Source: Deltaproteobacteria bacterium (GTDB lineage: Bacteria; Myxococcota_A; Polyangia; Polyangiales; Houyiibacteriaceae). Taken from it: a stretch of 64,000 nucleotides of DNA. The DNA is taken from NCBI GenBank assembly GCA_034670305.1, contig JAXMNT010000003.1:192001-256000 (forward strand). Direction: 5' to 3'. Under the pieces are notes generated by a model, which ran no database searches, had not been told where the DNA came from, and saw nothing but the letters and a program-made list of their open reading frames with translations. Shown in pieces: positions 31,793 through 41,890 of the stretch. The first letter of the stretch is position 1. The number at the start of each line of letters is the position of its first letter. The position numbers and the translations under genes are program-made.

Positions 31793-32776
31793 CTACCAGG
31801 GCACGCCCACGGTGAGCGACCCCCAGTGGTGGCTGCGCGGATGAAACGGCGCGTCGGGCGCGTCGAACGTGCGGGTCTGGCGGACGTGGCTGTAGCGGAC
31901 CCACGCACGTCGGCGGTGGAGCACGAACCCGAAGCGGAACGCGGCGACCCAGGCGCGCCGTTCGAGGTTCGGGACGACTTCGGCACCGTCGGCTTCGACG
32001 AACAGGTCGCGCCACACTCCGTCGATCGACCCGCCGACGAAGACCGCGCCGCACAGTCTTGGGCAACGGTGGCCGGCGACGAAGCGGGCTTCGAGTAGCG
32101 CGATGCGCGCGCCCGCATTCACGCCGAACGAGAGGCCGACGCCTGCGCCCGCACGCACGCGTCCGAACGCGTTGCCGAGGTCGGCACGGGCCGCACCGAC
32201 GAAGAAGAGATCGAGCCCGCCAATGGTGCGCGTGGGTGCGGCGGCCCAGGCAGGGGCGACGACAAACGCTGCCTGGTTCGGCAGCTGGTTCGCCCAGCCC
32301 TGCGGCCTGCGCACACCGAGCACGCGGTGCATCGCGTCTTGCACCGGTTCGCCACCGGCCGCGGGGCCGACCACGCCGGCGCGCAGGCCGAGCGAGACGT
32401 GGTGCACCCCCGTCCGCCAGAGCGCTTCGAGGTCGGCGAAGAGCCAGGCGCCGAACGCGTGGTCGCGGGTCGGCGCGTCGACGAACTGGATGTTGCGCGG
32501 GGTGTAGAGCACCTGGCCGAGGCCGAAGCGCAGTTGCAGCTCCGGGACACGCGTCTGCAGGGTGAGGTGCGCGGCGAGGTGGCTCGAGTACCAGCGGTCG
32601 AGGCCGGCGAAGGTGTCGTTGTCGAAGCGGAGGGTGAAGACGTTCGGGGTGGACGCGGCCGATCCCGATGCCGATGCCGGAGGCGATGCTGAGGCGGGGG
32701 CGGTGGCCGCGCACAGGAACGCGACGCACGCGAGGAAACCGAACGCGTGTCTTCCGGACTCGGGTCGGTGCCGCAC
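31793..32776 (-). CDS. LpxR-family lipid A deacylase / outer-membrane beta-barrel
   Basis: Signal peptide; FDNDTF..DRWYS, GQVLYTP, GVVGP, VQ..H, QGWANQL; terminal aromatic residue. Confidence 0.85.
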   Translation of the reverse strand: MRHRPESGRHAFGFLACVAFLCAATAPASASPPASASGSAASTPNVFTLRFDNDTFAGLDRWYSSHLAAHLTLQTRVPELQLRFGLGQVLYTPRNIQFVDAPTRDHAFGAWLFADLEALWRTGVHHVSLGLRAGVVGPAAGGEPVQDAMHRVLGVRRPQGWANQLPNQAAFVVAPAWAAAPTRTIGGLDLFFVGAARADLGNAFGRVRAGAGVGLSFGVNAGARIALLEARFVAGHRCPRLCGAVFVGGSIDGVWRDLFVEADGAEVVPNLERRAWVAAFRFGFVLHRRRAWVRYSHVRQTRTFDAPDAPFHPRSHHWGSLTVGVPW

Positions 32777-32829
32777 GGGGGCGATGGTGACTGGTCCGTG
32801 GGGCCGGCGCACCGCCAACCGCGTGGGGG

Positions 32830-34287
32830 TCAGTTCAGTTGGCGGCGGACGAGGCGGCCGAGGGTGCCGAGGGACTGTTCGACTTCGTCGGTCCAGGCGA
32901 GGCCTGCGTTGAGCCGCATGCACCGGCGGTAGCGCTGGCCCACGGCGAACATCGGTCCCGGCGCGATGCTGATCTTCTCGGCGAGCGCTTCGTCGTGCAG
33001 CGCCATGCTGTCGACGCCACGCGGCATCTCCACCCAGAGCAGGCTGCCACCGGCGGGGCGCGACACCCGCGTTCCGGAGGGAAAGCGCGAGGCGATCGTT
33101 GCGGTCATCCGCGCGATGTTCTCTTGGTAGGTGCGGCGGAGTCGGCGGAGGTGCCGGTCGTAGCCGCCGTCTCGGAGGAAGCGGGTGACGGCCAGCTGCG
33201 CGGCGCCGGGAGACGAGACGCTGGTGACGAGCTTGAGGTGCGCGATGCGGTCGAGCTGTTCGCCGGGCGCGACCCAGCCGATGCGGAGACCCGCCGAGAT
33301 GGTCTTGCTGAACGAGCTGCAATGGTAGACGAGGCCCTCCTCGTCGAGCGCTTTGAGCGCGGTGGGACGCACGTGGTCGTGGGCCAACTCGCCGTACACG
33401 TCGTCTTCGATGATCGGCACGTTGTGCTTCGACGCCAACGCCAAGAGCGCGCGCTTCTTCTCGTCGCCGAGCGACGCACCGAGCGGGTTGCTGAAGTTCG
33501 GGACGAGCAACATCGCGCAGACGTCGTGGGCTTCGAGCGCTTCGGCGAGGGCGTCGAGTTCGATGCCTTCGCGCGGATCGGTCGCGACGGGGAGCGCCCG
33601 GAAGCCGAGGACCTCGAGCGTCTCGAGGTGGCCGTAGTAGGCGGGCGACTCGACGATCACAGTGGCGGCTTCGCCTGCTTTGCCGTGCGTCAGTGCGCGC
33701 AGCGTGAGGTAGACGGCTTCTTGCGCGCCGCTCGTGACGATGATGTCGCGCGGACCGAGCGTGCAGCCCGCGCCCACCATGCGCCGCGCGATCTCCTTGC
33801 GCAGCGGTTCGTGGCCCGAGGCCATGATGTAGCCGTGGCTGATCGACGGACGGCGCCGCATCTCCTCGCTGAGCAGTCGGGTGATCTGACGCGTCGGCAA
33901 GAGATCCGGGTGCGGCACCGCGGCGCCGAGTTTGATGAGATCCGGATCGTTCACCTCGGCCATGAGCCGGTAGGCCATCGAGCCGCGTACCTCCCGCGGG
34001 CGCGACGCCGGGCTCGCGAGACGGGGCTCGTCGGGTAGGAGCCGGAGCTTCACGTAGTACCCGGACTTCGGTCGCGCTTCGACGAAGCCGCGGTCCTCGA
34101 GCCACCGGTACGCCTCGAGCACCGTCGAGACACTGACCGACCACTCTCGATGCAGCCGCCGCACCGAAGGGATCTTGTCGCCCGGCTTGAGGGTGCCCTG
34201 TTCGATGAGCGCGACGACGCGCGCGGCCACCTCCTCGTAGAGCGTTTCGTATTCGGTCGCCGTGGTCTGCATGCCCTTGGATGCCAT
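32830..34287 (-). CDS. GntR/MocR-family regulator with PLP aminotransferase domain
   Basis: LYEEVA..IEQGTLKPGDKIPSVR wHTH; PNFSNPLG, IIEDDVY, SFSKTIS.GLRIGW. Confidence 0.95.
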   Translation of the reverse strand: MASKGMQTTATEYETLYEEVAARVVALIEQGTLKPGDKIPSVRRLHREWSVSVSTVLEAYRWLEDRGFVEARPKSGYYVKLRLLPDEPRLASPASRPREVRGSMAYRLMAEVNDPDLIKLGAAVPHPDLLPTRQITRLLSEEMRRRPSISHGYIMASGHEPLRKEIARRMVGAGCTLGPRDIIVTSGAQEAVYLTLRALTHGKAGEAATVIVESPAYYGHLETLEVLGFRALPVATDPREGIELDALAEALEAHDVCAMLLVPNFSNPLGASLGDEKKRALLALASKHNVPIIEDDVYGELAHDHVRPTALKALDEEGLVYHCSSFSKTISAGLRIGWVAPGEQLDRIAHLKLVTSVSSPGAAQLAVTRFLRDGGYDRHLRRLRRTYQENIARMTATIASRFPSGTRVSRPAGGSLLWVEMPRGVDSMALHDEALAEKISIAPGPMFAVGQRYRRCMRLNAGLAWTDEVEQSLGTLGRLVRRQLN

Positions 34288-34304
34288 CTCTGCCGTTCCT
34301 CGCC

Positions 34305-34360
34305 AGGTACAGATGCACCCTGTTGTAACCGATACAGATGCAGATACGCAATCTGTACCC
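34305..34360. promoter_or_regulatory. Putative MocR operator
   Basis: GTACAGAT (34307) and ATACAGAT (34332) direct repeats plus inverted ATCTGTAC (34351) in the divergent intergenic region. Confidence 0.6.
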
Positions 34361-34578
34361 CCAACCAAAGCGAGCACAGGGGGCGTGGAAAACGGACGGG
34401 GTTCGATTCTGCAATACTCCCGTTGCATGGTTGAAACATAGCCGAAACCGGGTGCGTCGTCCGACCAACACACTTGAGAGAGCCCGACGGGAGCACAGCG
34501 GACCAGACTTATCTGTGCTCCTCTGCATACAAGCAACGTGCATCTGTCATGTACGCAGAACCGCGACACACTCAGGCC

Positions 34579-35793
34579 ATGTCCAAGGGCAACGAACGGT
34601 TCGGGGCACGCCACGTGGTGGCGTTTCTCATCATCTACCTGGTCTGGGGATCGACCTTCGGTGCGATCCACGTCGCGCTCGAGAGTGTGCCGCCGGTCCT
34701 GCTGGTGGGTCTGCGTTTTGCGCTGGCCGGCCTGCTCCTGCTCACCGTCTCTCGGCTCAAACGCCGAGCCGACGGCACCGCACCATCGCAGTCGCTGGGG
34801 GCACTCTGGCTCCAAGCGGTGCCGGTCGGTGTGGCGCTCTTCTTTCTGTCGGGCACGTTGCTCGCCTGGTCGGAGCAGAGCCTGCCTTCGTCGACCGCAG
34901 CGCTGCTCGGCTGTGCGTCTCCGTTCTTCGTGGTGCTCTTCGAGTGGGTGCGCACCCGCAAGGCGCCCGGCCCCTTCGTGCTCGCCGGACTCGGCCTCGG
35001 GCTCGCGGGCGTAGCGGTGCTGGTGGGCAGCGGCACGGCGCCCGCGTTGCAGTCGGTCGCCCTCTTGCTCGGGGCGGGGACGACGGCGTTCGCGATGTTG
35101 TGGCTGGCGCGCAGCCCCGAGGGCGGCCTGGCCGCGGTGGGTCGACAGATGGTGGTGGGCGGCTCGCTCGGGCTCGTCGGATCCGCGCTCTTCGAGACGC
35201 GCCAAGCGACGTGGACGACCGACGGCGCGCTCGCGCTCGTGTACTTGGTGTTCGTCGGGTCGGCGCTGGCCTACTGCGCGTTCGCCTGGCTCCTCGCGCG
35301 GGTGCCGGCGTCGCTCGTGTCGACGCATGCGTTCATCAACCCGCTCGTCGCAGTGTTGCTCGGCGCGTGGCTGCTGAGCGAACCGGTGGGCGCTTCGAGC
35401 CTGCTCGCGGGCGGACTCATCGTGGGCGCCGTGTTGCTGCTGACGCTGGGGAACCGACAGCCGAGAGAACTCGAAGACCCGGCCACCCCATCGGCCACGC
35501 TGAAACTGCCGCGGGCGCCGCGGTTCCCGGCGCTGCGCTTCCCGGCGATGGCAGCGCTCCGGCCAGCACTGCGGTTCAAGCCAGCACTGCCAGCACTGCG
35601 GTTCAAGTCGGCACTGCGGTTCAAGCCGGCACTGCGGTTCCCCAAGGCACTGCGCCTGGCCAGGATCGAACCAGCACCGGCGGCCTCGGACCTCACCCTG
35701 TGTACGTGCGCAACCGACTCGATCGGGTGCGGGCGTCCGGTGGGCCCCAGTCGAGGTACCCTGGAGCCATGGGCAAGCAGAAGAAGAAGCTGA
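34579..35793 (+). CDS. EamA/DMT-family transporter with repetitive C-terminal tail
   Basis: IYLVWGSTF, LRFALAG, YLVFVGS, INPLVAVLLG; about 10 TM helices. Confidence 0.9.
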   Translation: MSKGNERFGARHVVAFLIIYLVWGSTFGAIHVALESVPPVLLVGLRFALAGLLLLTVSRLKRRADGTAPSQSLGALWLQAVPVGVALFFLSGTLLAWSEQSLPSSTAALLGCASPFFVVLFEWVRTRKAPGPFVLAGLGLGLAGVAVLVGSGTAPALQSVALLLGAGTTAFAMLWLARSPEGGLAAVGRQMVVGGSLGLVGSALFETRQATWTTDGALALVYLVFVGSALAYCAFAWLLARVPASLVSTHAFINPLVAVLLGAWLLSEPVGASSLLAGGLIVGAVLLLTLGNRQPRELEDPATPSATLKLPRAPRFPALRFPAMAALRPALRFKPALPALRFKSALRFKPALRFPKALRLARIEPAPAASDLTLCTCATDSIGCGRPVGPSRGTLEPWASRRRS

Positions 35794-36122
35794 AGCGCGC
35801 GAAGAAACGGATCGCCAAACTGGAGAAGCGGGTCGCGAAGCTCCGGCACGCGCTCGAACATCCAGACCATGGCTTCGAGGAGAAGCGGGTGGTCGATCTG
35901 ATCGTCGGGCTCACGACCGAACACGTCGGCCGACTCCTGCAGCAACAGTTCGATGAGCGGCGTCTCGTGGACGCTGTCTCGCGCGCGGTGGTGGGCGACG
36001 TGGTGCGGGGCACCGAACGCGCGCTCGAGCGCAGCTTCAGCCCACGCCACGTCGACGCGCTCGCCGAAGCCATCGCGGAGCGTTTCGTCTACGAGGACGA
36101 GGACGAGGACGAGGACGAGTAG
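35769..36122 (+). CDS. Small coiled-coil protein (basic N-terminus, acidic tail)
   Basis: GGAG RBS; MGKQKKKLKRAKKRIAKLEKRV...EDEDEDEDE. Confidence 0.7.
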   Translation: MGKQKKKLKRAKKRIAKLEKRVAKLRHALEHPDHGFEEKRVVDLIVGLTTEHVGRLLQQQFDERRLVDAVSRAVVGDVVRGTERALERSFSPRHVDALAEAIAERFVYEDEDEDEDE

Positions 36123-36161
36123 CCCGACGAGCCCTGGAGACGAGTCGCGCCGGGCGCCGAG

Positions 36162-38639
36162 TTACTCGAACGGAGGCGGATCCATCGGCGCGTTCACCGG
36201 CGCCGCGGCCGCCTGAGCCGGCGTCGCGCTGGCGGAACGCTCTCGGGTCCGAAGCACGCGGGTGAGTTCCTCCTCGAGGGAGTCGGCGCGCGCGTCTGCG
36301 GCCGCGCGGCGCGCCCGTTCCCCGGCCCGGCCCGCTTCGGCGGCGGCCACCCGATCGGTGAGGCTGCGGACCTGCGCCTCGAGGCCGGCCCGCCCTTCCC
36401 GTTCCCGGTTGAGGGCACGCTGAAGTTCGGCCTGGGCCTCTTCGCCGGTGCGCAGTTGTTGCGTGAGGTCGTTGCGGCGTTCTTGGAGCTCGGTGGTCTC
36501 CGCTTCGAGGCGCGCGATGATCTGCTGGCGGGCGTCCACATCGGCCTCGTGGGCTTGCCGCTCCGAGGTCAGCTCCCCCCGCACCGTCGTGAGATCCCCG
36601 CGCAGTGACGAGAGGGTCGCTTCCGCGCCTGCGAGCCGGCTCTCGAGCTGGGTGCGGCCGAGCCGTTCGCTCGCGAGCCGTCCCCGGATGGCCTCGGCAT
36701 CTTGCGCGATGCGGCGGCGTTCGGCGTCCGTGGCGGCGAGGTCTTCGCGCACCGCTTCGGCCTCTTGTACCGCGAGCGCCACTTGATCCCGGTGCTGCGC
36801 GTCGCGGGCCTGGACGACCTCGACCGCCGCCACACCGAGACCGGCGAGCATCATGAGGATCGGGAAGGCCCGGCGGCGTGCGCGGCGGCGACGGCGGCGT
36901 TTGTCTTCGGGGGCCGTGAGCACCGAGAGCTGGTCGGCGAGTTCGAGCGCGGTCGGGCGCTCGTCGGGATCCAGGCTCATCCAGCGCTGCAGGTGCGGCT
37001 TGAGAAACTTGAGGTCCCGGTCTCGCGGCAAGAGCGGCATGTCGCGGGCGCGCGTCTCGATGAACGCATCCACCTGGCCGGGACCGACATCTTCTTGGGT
37101 GTCGGGTTCGAGCGCGTTGCGCATCGCCAAGACCAGGCTGAACACGTCGGCCTTCTCGGTGACGCGGGGGCGGTGCGCGACGGTCGCGAACTGCGCCGCG
37201 ACCTCGGGTGCGAAGTAGGTGGGTGTGCCGGCGACGAGCATCTCGGCTTGCGTGGCGGCCACGCCGAGATCGATGAGCACGGGCATCATCGCGTCTTCGG
37301 GCGAGCCGTCGCCCCACGCGGGGAGCTCCGCGAGAAAGACGTTCTCGGGTTTGACGTCTTGGTGTCGCAGCCCCGCGGCGTGCACGGCCGCGAGGGCGCG
37401 CGCGAGCGGCTCGAAGATGGTGCGGGCTTCCGCGCGCGTGAGCGGACCGCGGCGGATGCGGGACTCGAGGGTCTCGCCGTCGTACCAGGGCATCACGAAC
37501 CACAGGCGGCTCTCGAACCAGCCGTGGTCCTTGAGGTGCACGACGCTCGGATGAAAGACGCTCGCGAGGTGGCGGAGTTCGCGCAGGGCGGACTGCCGCT
37601 CTTCTTCCCCGTAGGCCGGCTGATGGAGGATTTTCAGCGCGACGACGTGGCCGGGGACCTCGACGTCCTCGGCTCGGTAGACGTCGCCGAAGGCGCCCGT
37701 GCCGACCTGCAGCTGGATCCGGTAGCGGTCCGCGACGAGCGAACCGACACCGAGCGGGCTCGGTCCGAGGCGCGGCTCCTCTTCGCGCGTGGTGGGCACG
37801 GTGGTGACCACGGTGAACGCCTGCACCAAGAGGTTGCGCAGCTTCTCCCCGGGCACGAGGTGCACGATCTCCGCGGCCCGGCAGGTCGCGAAGTGAAGAT
37901 CCTCGAGCACGTCTTGCACGTCCAGCTCGAGCACGTAGGCGAGATCTTCCGGCGTGAGCTCGCGGGTGTGGCGGAGTTCCAACAGCTCGGCGTCGCGTGG
38001 TTCGAGACCATCGCGCAATGCTTCGACGCGCGCGGTGATGCGCGTCTTGCCGGCTTCGCCCGGCGCCCACGGCGGGGAGCCGATCGGCCCGTCGCGTTCG
38101 TCGAGCGCGAGCTCCGCGACCTCGCGGGCGATGCGGTAGAGACGCGCGCGAATGCCGGGGGCTTGGACGAGGTCTTCGCTTCGGATGGCGGCGATGACCG
38201 CACGGACGCGACGCAGAGCGCGGTCGCCTTCGTCGGCGTCGGCGAGGCGGATCGTGAGGTACGCGCGCAGTCCCTGCACATACGGTTTGAGGGCGCGTGC
38301 GTGCAGCACGTCGACCACGGTGTGCGAACGCGCGACGACCGAAGACGCGGCGCGTAGGGGCGCGGCCGCGATGGTGCCGAGAGGCTGGTCGGAAGCGTCG
38401 ACGTCGAGGAGCGGGAGCGCGACGGGGCGCGGCTGGTGTGCGGGTGCTCCCGGTGACTGAGCGGCGGACCCGCGGGTGCTGGACGACTGGGACACCGGAA
38501 CGCCGCGGGCCACGACCGACGTGTCGCCCTGCAGATCGGACGCGCTTTGCGACCGCGATGCCGATGGCTCGGTCTCGCGCGGCGGGGGCGTGTCGGGCGT
38601 GCGCGCTTGGGTGTCGGCGAAGGGTTGAGTTCCGGCCAT
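36162..38639 (-). CDS. Ser/Thr protein kinase with N-terminal ECF sigma-like region, TM segment and coiled coil
   Basis: VGTGAFGDVY, VALK, HQDVKPENV, DLG, GTPTYFAPE, DVFSL. Confidence 0.9.
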   Translation of the reverse strand: MAGTQPFADTQARTPDTPPPRETEPSASRSQSASDLQGDTSVVARGVPVSQSSSTRGSAAQSPGAPAHQPRPVALPLLDVDASDQPLGTIAAAPLRAASSVVARSHTVVDVLHARALKPYVQGLRAYLTIRLADADEGDRALRRVRAVIAAIRSEDLVQAPGIRARLYRIAREVAELALDERDGPIGSPPWAPGEAGKTRITARVEALRDGLEPRDAELLELRHTRELTPEDLAYVLELDVQDVLEDLHFATCRAAEIVHLVPGEKLRNLLVQAFTVVTTVPTTREEEPRLGPSPLGVGSLVADRYRIQLQVGTGAFGDVYRAEDVEVPGHVVALKILHQPAYGEEERQSALRELRHLASVFHPSVVHLKDHGWFESRLWFVMPWYDGETLESRIRRGPLTRAEARTIFEPLARALAAVHAAGLRHQDVKPENVFLAELPAWGDGSPEDAMMPVLIDLGVAATQAEMLVAGTPTYFAPEVAAQFATVAHRPRVTEKADVFSLVLAMRNALEPDTQEDVGPGQVDAFIETRARDMPLLPRDRDLKFLKPHLQRWMSLDPDERPTALELADQLSVLTAPEDKRRRRRRARRRAFPILMMLAGLGVAAVEVVQARDAQHRDQVALAVQEAEAVREDLAATDAERRRIAQDAEAIRGRLASERLGRTQLESRLAGAEATLSSLRGDLTTVRGELTSERQAHEADVDARQQIIARLEAETTELQERRNDLTQQLRTGEEAQAELQRALNREREGRAGLEAQVRSLTDRVAAAEAGRAGERARRAAADARADSLEEELTRVLRTRERSASATPAQAAAAPVNAPMDPPPFE

Positions 38640-38743
38640 GAAGGCAGGGTGCCGCCATCGGTCGGTTCCACCCAAAAAGCCGCAAACGCCCCGTACTGAA
38701 CCTGCGCAGTTGGGCCGAGGGCAGGCTTCGGTATGATGCGCGC

Positions 38744-39247
38744 ATGGTCGGCCGCACCGCTTCGCCCGGGTCCTTGGTGACAGTGGCCCTGTGCGCGCTG
38801 CTCGCGATCGGCGGGTGCAAAGAGGACCCCGACGCTCCGGAAGGCAGCGCCGAGTGGCAGGCGGCGACCTGGCCCGAGCCGACCGAAGACGGCCTGGTGC
38901 TCCTCTTCGAGGTGGACTCAGCCCACGTGGCCGAGCGGCTCGCAGTGGATGCGTCGCGGTCGCTCGACTACCTGGCGCGCATCTCGGACCGCCACGAGAT
39001 CCACATCCGGCTCGAACCGGCCCCGAAGGACCTCGAGCGGGTCCGCGACATGCTTCGGCAGGGCGGGTGCTGCGCGCTGACCTCCAACAGCGAGGACGCG
39101 ACCGAGAGTGCGACACTGCGGGTGCGGCTGCCCGACCTGTCGTGCGACGTCACTCTCCCTTTGCACGAGTGGGACGACCTGCCGGGGCCGAGTTCTTGTG
39201 AAGCGCACGTGCGCTCCCTGCACGGCCGGCCGCGCTTCCGGAACTGA
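38744..39247 (+). CDS. Hypothetical lipoprotein
   Basis: Lipobox IGGC. Confidence 0.55.
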   Translation: MVGRTASPGSLVTVALCALLAIGGCKEDPDAPEGSAEWQAATWPEPTEDGLVLLFEVDSAHVAERLAVDASRSLDYLARISDRHEIHIRLEPAPKDLERVRDMLRQGGCCALTSNSEDATESATLRVRLPDLSCDVTLPLHEWDDLPGPSSCEAHVRSLHGRPRFRN

Positions 39248-39280
39248 AGCGGGACCGCGTCGGTTCGTGGCACCACCGGC

Positions 39281-41041
39281 TCAGGTGTCTTCGAGGCGCC
39301 GGCCGCCAAAGCGGGTGAGCACCACCGCGCCGAAGCCGACGCATGCCACGACGAGCAGGATCATCATGCTGACGAAGCCCGGCAAGAGCGAGACGGCGAA
39401 CAGCACCAAGGTGCCCGCGGTCAACTGGGCGACCGGGCGGTTGGCGAGCACTTCGAGCGGCAGCACCGCCCCGAGCACGGAAGCGACGACCGCAGCGCCG
39501 ACGTAGATGCCGAGCACCGCCGCGAGTCCGACCATGAGCGCGGCCGGCAGCCCGATGATCGTGATGGCCAACACCACGATGAGTAGGAGCGCGGTCGTGA
39601 GCCCGAGGGCGCCGAAGAAGCCAGCCCGGACCGGCTGTTTCACGACCGCGGCCGCGAGCGCGGCATGGCGCTCCCGCATGCCGCCGAGCAGGACGAGGCC
39701 CAGCAAGAAGAGCAGTGCGTACTTCGCGCCGACACCGGCGACGCGCTCGCCGAACCGCGACGGAGCTTCGGTGGACTCGGCGGGCTCCGAGGCCGCGCCC
39801 TCCCGCTTCACTTCGCCGCCCATCGTGACCAGTCGGCCGTCCACGGTGCCGCCCGGCGCGATCTCCACATCGCCGCCCATGGTCACCACATCGCCTCGGA
39901 CCGTGGCGCTCGGTCCGACGTGCACATCGCCGCCCATCGTGACGACGTTCGCGAGGACTTCGCCGAGGATCGTCGCGTCGCCGCCGGCGGTGGTCACGGC
40001 GCGCACGCGCTCGGTCAGACCGACGACGATGTCCTCGCCCCACGAGGTGCGCTCACCCACGATCGCGCCCACGGTGGACGTGGTCGGAGTCGCGGGAACG
40101 GCCGGAACGGCAGGGACTGCGGCAGTCACCGGGACATCGGGGACCGCCGGGACCGCCGCCGGGGCACTGGGAACGGCGGGGACTGGAGCAGCCGGCGTGG
40201 GCACGGCAGTGGTGGGTGCGCGCTGCACGATCAAGAGTTCCGCGGTGCGCTCGACGATGTAGCCGTCGGGGAGCACCGCGCGAACGACGTCTGCGAGGGA
40301 CGCATTGTCCAGGTGCACGCCGACGCGCTCGTCGCCTTCCAGCTGGCCGACGAGCCCGAGGCCCACCGAAGTCGTCGCGGCCCGCAGCACGGTGGCCGCG
40401 CGCGCTTGGTCCACGTGTACCGTCACGCTCGACTCCTGCGCTGGCCACACCCCGCGCAGTTCCTGGGCGTGGACCGAGCCGGCGCTGAGTCCGATCCCCA
40501 TCGCGAACAACGCGACCGCCACGCTGCTGCGGCGCGCGATGGCCCGGGCCGGCAACGCCAGCAGCAACACGCCGATGCCGAGCAAGAACGCGAGCCCGGT
40601 CCAGCCGCCCGGAAGAAGCGCCACGAGACGATCGAGGCCGCCGACGAGCCCCAGCATTCCGCGTCCCGCGTCGAGCAGTTCGGCGCGGGTGGGCATGCCG
40701 AAGGAGATGGCACCGAGCACCGCCGCACCGACCGCAGCCAACATGCCGGACAACGCCAGGCTGCGGCGCGAAGGCGCGGGCGGAACGGCCGCGAGCGCAG
40801 CGGAGACCATCGCGCTCACATCGGGGATCGGTGGAGGGGCGGCGTCGAACGCGAGACCGATGTCGATGGAGAGCGCACGCGCGACGGCGACGTCTTGTTT
40901 GTGGGCCGGGTCCTCTCGCCAGGCGGGATCCTCGGCATCCAGAGCCTCGAGCACCGCCTCCGGGACCAGCTCCTCGCGGCCATGCGCCAGCGCCTCGAGC
41001 AGTTGCTCCGCAGAGCGCTCGTCGCGATCGTCGGTGGTCAT
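39281..41041 (-). CDS. Putative anti-sigma membrane protein with bactofilin-like beta-helix
   Basis: ATGA overlap with the sigma gene; TM helices; (V)TMGGDV..G repeats; multi-TM C-terminus. Confidence 0.7.
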   Translation of the reverse strand: MTTDDRDERSAEQLLEALAHGREELVPEAVLEALDAEDPAWREDPAHKQDVAVARALSIDIGLAFDAAPPPIPDVSAMVSAALAAVPPAPSRRSLALSGMLAAVGAAVLGAISFGMPTRAELLDAGRGMLGLVGGLDRLVALLPGGWTGLAFLLGIGVLLLALPARAIARRSSVAVALFAMGIGLSAGSVHAQELRGVWPAQESSVTVHVDQARAATVLRAATTSVGLGLVGQLEGDERVGVHLDNASLADVVRAVLPDGYIVERTAELLIVQRAPTTAVPTPAAPVPAVPSAPAAVPAVPDVPVTAAVPAVPAVPATPTTSTVGAIVGERTSWGEDIVVGLTERVRAVTTAGGDATILGEVLANVVTMGGDVHVGPSATVRGDVVTMGGDVEIAPGGTVDGRLVTMGGEVKREGAASEPAESTEAPSRFGERVAGVGAKYALLFLLGLVLLGGMRERHAALAAAVVKQPVRAGFFGALGLTTALLLIVVLAITIIGLPAALMVGLAAVLGIYVGAAVVASVLGAVLPLEVLANRPVAQLTAGTLVLFAVSLLPGFVSMMILLVVACVGFGAVVLTRFGGRRLEDT

Positions 41042-41655
41042 GCCGCCGACCCGCGCTCGAGGGATTCCAGCGCCGCGCGCAGCTTCTTCCGGCCGCGGTG
41101 CAGCCACGTCATGACGGTGCCGATCGGCACGTCGAGCGTCTTCGCGATGTCTTCGTACGTTTCGCCGTGCACGTGAAAGAGCACGATCGCCGAGCGCATC
41201 TGTTCGGGCAAGGACTCCATGGCGGTGGCGAGGTCTTCGACGCCGATGCGCGCGAGCGCGAGCCGCTCGGGCGAAGGCGCCGGGCCGGAGGCTGCGGCGG
41301 TGCGTTCGTCTCCATCGGAGGCAAACGTGTTGCGCTCGAGACCGCGGCGACGAAGTCGATCGCGGCAGACGTTCCGGGCGACGGTGAGGGCCCAACTCCG
41401 GAAGCTCCCCTTCGCAGGATCGAACTGGTCGATCCGGGTCACGATCTTCTCGAGCGCGAGCTGGGCGGCGTCCGGTCCGTCGTTCTTGCCCGCGACGTGG
41501 AAACAGAGCCGGTGGATGTCGGCCGCGTGGCGCGTCAGCAGTTGGGCCAGTGCGTCTCGATCGCCGCCGCGGGCACCGCGCGCGAGATCGGCGTCGGCGA
41601 CCTCCACGGTGGGGGCGGCGCTGGGGCTCATGAGGGAGAGGATGCCGGAAAGCAT
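41038..41655 (-). CDS. ECF RNA polymerase sigma factor
   Basis: GDRDALAQL, GSFRSWALTVARN, LPEQMR..IVL..VHGETYEDIA..LDVPIGTV. Confidence 0.92.
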   Translation of the reverse strand: MLSGILSLMSPSAAPTVEVADADLARGARGGDRDALAQLLTRHAADIHRLCFHVAGKNDGPDAAQLALEKIVTRIDQFDPAKGSFRSWALTVARNVCRDRLRRRGLERNTFASDGDERTAAASGPAPSPERLALARIGVEDLATAMESLPEQMRSAIVLFHVHGETYEDIAKTLDVPIGTVMTWLHRGRKKLRAALESLERGSAA

Positions 41656-41890
41656 GGGTCTCTCTGGATACGAAGGGCTCGAGGCCAGTATTTCGAGAAT
41701 CCGTGGATCGGAGTCTCCGGCACGAGAAGGGGGTGTGGTGTGCCACGATTGGCACTTTTCGTGCGGGGTCCGCAAATGGCGTCGGTACGTCCGGGAACCG
41801 CCGGACGAAGGCTGCTTCCCTTGAACAATCGGTGGCGTGGGCCGTCGACGGTGATAAGCGCAGCGCCGTGGGGATCACCGGAGAGAACGC

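Noticed and set aside
31534-31815. Ser/Ala-repeat ORF (and Asp/Ala or Pro-rich frames) as a peptide precursor
   Set aside because: It is a DNA hexamer tract open in several frames, with no leader or RBS; the same tract recurs intergenically.
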